From Takakia lepidozioides (Eukaryota; Plantae; Bryophyta): DNA of 64,000 nt. Shown here one piece after another: positions 60,690 to 64,000 of this stretch (the first letter of the stretch is position 1; the number at the start of each line of letters is the position of its first letter). The notes under the pieces are model-generated. The model worked only from the letters and a program-made list of their open reading frames with translations. It was not told the DNA's origin and did no database searches. The position numbers and the translations under genes were made by a program. The DNA lies in contig CM060732.1 of the NCBI GenBank assembly GCA_030704615.1, positions 71,548,001 to 71,612,000 on the forward strand, written 5' to 3'.

Positions 60690-62990
60690 ACAAGCACGAA
60701 TGGGGCTCAAAACAGTGTGCATTGCCGCACACTGTTTGAGCTTCCAATAAGGGTTGGATTCAACCTGCCAGAGTGGCCCCAGGGGACCGATTTTCAAATC
60801 AAAAGCAATCACATAAGGAAGCTCAAACAGTGTGCGTTGCCGCACACTGTTTGAGCTTCCAATAAAGGTTGGATTCAACCTGCCAAAGTGGCCCTAGGAG
60901 ACCGATTTTCACATCAAAATCAATCACGTAAGGAAGCTTAAACAGTGTGCGTTGCCGCACACTGTTTGAGCTTGCAATAAGGTGTGATTTTAATATGGCA
61001 TAGTGGCCATAAGTGGCCAATTTGAAATAAAAGAAAAGGCAGTGAAGGGGGCTCAAACAGTGTGCGTCGGCGCACACTGTTTGAGCTTCCATTTTGGAGT
61101 CGAATGAACTTGCCAGACTAGCCGTAGGTGCACAATTTCCATATCCATAAACAAGCAAATCAGGGGGCTCAAACTGTGTGCGTTGACGCACACCGTTTGG
61201 GCTGCCAGGTAAGTGTGAATTGAACCTGACAGAGATGACCTTTGTGGTCGATTCTAAAATGCCAGCTGCCAGGTAAGTGTGCATTGACGCTCAAAGAGAT
61301 GCCCTATGTGGCCAATTTTCAGATAAAAAAATTAATGACATGGTGGGCTGGAACAGTGTGCGTTGACGCACACTGTTTGAGCTGCCAGGTAAGTCTGCAT
61401 TGAACCTCAAATACATGCCCTATGTGGCCGATTTTCACGTGAAAAAAACAATGACAAGTTGGCTCAAACAGTGTGCGTTGACACACACTGTTTGAGCTGC
61501 CACGTAAGTGTGTATTGAAACTCAAAGAGATGCCCTATGTGGCCTATTTTCAGATAAAAAAAACAATGACATGGTGGGCTGGAACAGTGTGCATTGACGC
61601 ACACTCTTTGAGCTGCTAGGTAAGTCTGCATTGAACCTCAAATACATGCCCTATGTGGCCGATTTTCACATGAAAAAAACAATGACAAGTTGGGCTCAAA
61701 CAGTGTGCGTTGACGCACACTGTTTGAGCTGCCACGTAAGTGTGCATTGAAGCTCAAATAGATGCCATATGTGGCCGATTTTCAGATTAAAAAAATAATG
61801 ACATGGTGGACTCGAACAGTGTGCGTTGACGCACACTGCTGGAGCTGCCACGTAAGTGTGCATTAAAGCTCAAAGAGATGCCCTATGTGGCCGATTTTCA
61901 AAAAAATAAAATAAAAAATAAATAAAATAAAAAACATGGTTGGCTGGAACAGTGTGCGTTGACGCACACTATTTGAGCTGCCAGGTAAGTCTGCATTGAA
62001 CCTCAAATACATGCCCTATGTGGCCAATTTTCACATGAAAAAAACAATGACAAGTTGGGCTCAAACAGTGTGCGTTGACGCACACTGTTTGAGCTGCCAC
62101 GTAAGTGTGTATTGAAGCTCAAAGAGATGCCCTATGTGGCCGATTATCAGGAAAAAAAAAAAAAAAAAAAAAAAAACATGGATGGCTGCAACAGTGTGCG
62201 TTGACGCACACTGTTTGAGCTGCCACGTAAGTCTGCATTGAACCTCAAATACATGCCCTATGTGGCCGATTTTCACATGAAAAAAATAAAGACATGTTGG
62301 GGTCAAACAGTGTGCGTTGACGCACACTGTTTGAGCTGCCACGTAAGTGTGTATTGAGGCTCAAAGAGATGCCATATGTGGCCGATTTTCATATAAAAAA
62401 AAATAATGACATGGTGGGCTGGAACAGTGTGCGTTGACGCACACTATTTGAGCTGCCAGGTAAGTCTGCATTGAACCTCAAATACATGCCCTATGTGGCC
62501 AATTTTCACATGAAAAAAACAATGACAAGTTGGGCTCAAACAGTGTGCGTTGACGCACACTATTTGAGCTGCCACGTAAGTGTGCATTGAAGCTCAAAGA
62601 GATGCCTTATGTGGCCGATTTTCAGATTAAAAATATAATGACATGGTGGGCTCAAACAGTGTGCATTGACGCACGCTGCTGGAGCTACCACGTAAGTGTG
62701 CATTGAAGCTCAAAGAGATGCCCTATGTGGCCGATTTTCACATGAAAAAAATAATGACAAGGTGGGCTCAAATAGTGTGCGTTGACGCACACTGCTGGAG
62801 CTGCCAGGTAAGTGTGCATTGAACAAGAAAGAGATGCCCTATGAGGCCGATTTCCAAATGAAAAAAAGAATGACAAGGTGGGCTCAAACAGTGTGCGTTG
62901 ACGCACACTGCTAGAGCTGCCAGGTAAGTGTGCATTGAAACTTAAAGAGATACCCTATGAGGCTGATTCCAAATGAAAAAAACAATGACA
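60690..62990. repeat. About 116-bp tandem repeat, ~19 units, each with a 34-bp palindrome
   Basis: CTCAAACAGTGTGCGT-TG-ACGCACACTGTTTGAG recurs (for example near 60707, 60822, 61463, 61695, 62060, 62884), and the intervening sequence is also repeated. Confidence 0.96.
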
Positions 62991-63288
62991 AGATGCACAA
63001 CACAACCTCATTACATTCGGGGTCTTCCTGTTTACTGCTCTCTAGGGTTGTTGTCGTCTTTCCATAATTGATGGTTTCATGTCATGTTTAGGGTTTGTTT
63101 TTCATCCAAATACAACACGGCTTCTTGTGGCTTCTTGTCACCCTAAACAGTTTTTCTGATTGGTGTCTCTCAGTGTGGTTGTCTGCGAAGTTCGGTGCAT
63201 GTCATTCCTACATCCTTTGCAGGCATCGCCCACAGTCTTTGGGTTAGTGCTAACCTTATTGACCTCAGTTTGGTCAGTGGAGGAAAAC

Positions 63289-64000
63289 ATGTCGAGGGAG
63301 CAAGATAGACTCGCTCGATTTCATTCCAATGCAGGTAGTCTTCCAGTGACTACCACTACAGACGACAATGGGTTTGCAGTTGTTCATGAGGATGAGCTGG
63401 TTACAGTGTTCCCGCTGGAATTGGATTCTCTGCTTGTTCAAAAAGAGGTGTATGACGAGGATGGGAATTTGGATTCTGGGCACTTGGAGAAACCATTGGT
63501 TGGCAAGTGTGGAAGGAAGTGGAGAGTCCTTCCAGGCACATCCTGTGTCCTTGGAAAAGAGAGAAGACAATCAGCAGGATCAGTAGTTACCCCTGGCACT
63601 ACAGCATCAGTCGTGCAGCAGAAGGGCACAGTTCATGTGAAACAAGATGTGAGCACATCCACTACATTCGTGACTCGTCCTCGGAGGATGTTTCTGAGAT
63701 TCCTCCGCCAGTGCAGACTCCCATCTTGGATGATGACGAATTGCAGGAGATAATGAGTGTCATTCCGAAATTGAAAGCCCTCGCAGGGGTGCCTGGGTGT
63801 AAGAGCGAGCTGCGTTTTGTTGATTGGGAGTCCCTTCGTGTGCAGCGGGTTCAATACGTGCCAACAAAGTTTGATGGGGACATCTTGTTTGAGCTCAACC
63901 CTCCCACGTCTTCCAGTGGACTGGCTAGGCTTCTGCAAGGCATGGACAAGAAACATGACGGACACCCTTGGTGCATGACAAAAACATCGAACATCCACAA
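63289..64000 (+). pseudogene. N-terminus of a putative transposase-like protein (frameshifted, runs off the window)
   Basis: MSREQD... shifts frame near 63700 into ...RVQYVPTKFDGDILFELNPP...QGMDKKHDGHPWCMTKTSNIH. The DGxxWxxxxT segment recalls WRKY/GCM1-type DNA-binding domains of DDE transposases. The catalytic region is not visible. Confidence 0.4.

Noticed and set aside
60690-62990. CRISPR-like array of regularly spaced palindromes
   Set aside because: The intervening sequences are themselves repeats rather than unique spacers, there are no cas genes, and the context is eukaryotic.

Overview
Eukaryotic nuclear DNA, most likely a non-seed land plant such as a bryophyte or lycophyte (inferred from spliced genes, a PLS-type PPR fragment and the TE lineages present). 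The first 11 kb holds two convergent host genes: a 5-exon DCD-domain gene (+) and a 3-exon organellar small heat-shock protein gene (-). The remaining ~53 kb is nested transposons. These are two MULE/SWIM transposase pseudogenes, a decayed Copia (17775-36552, TSD AACCT) containing a non-autonomous CACTA and an inverted pair of Dualen/RandI-like LINE 3' halves, a CACTA transposase fragment with a neighbouring SET-domain gene, and a spliced N4/N6-methyltransferase-like gene facing away from a transposase-like ORF across a palindromic ~116-bp satellite. The standout is an 11.6-kb Ty3/Gypsy element (44252-55806, minus strand, TSD AACG) encoding Gag-PR-DNMT3-like methyltransferase-[UAG CAA CCA]-RT-RH-IN-PHD. 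It lacks a normal LTR pair and instead has split direct repeats (X-ORFs-Y-gc-X-Y) with a palindromic internal end-to-end junction, and an apparent tRNA-independent primer site. All domain calls come from motif recognition by eye; no searches were run.
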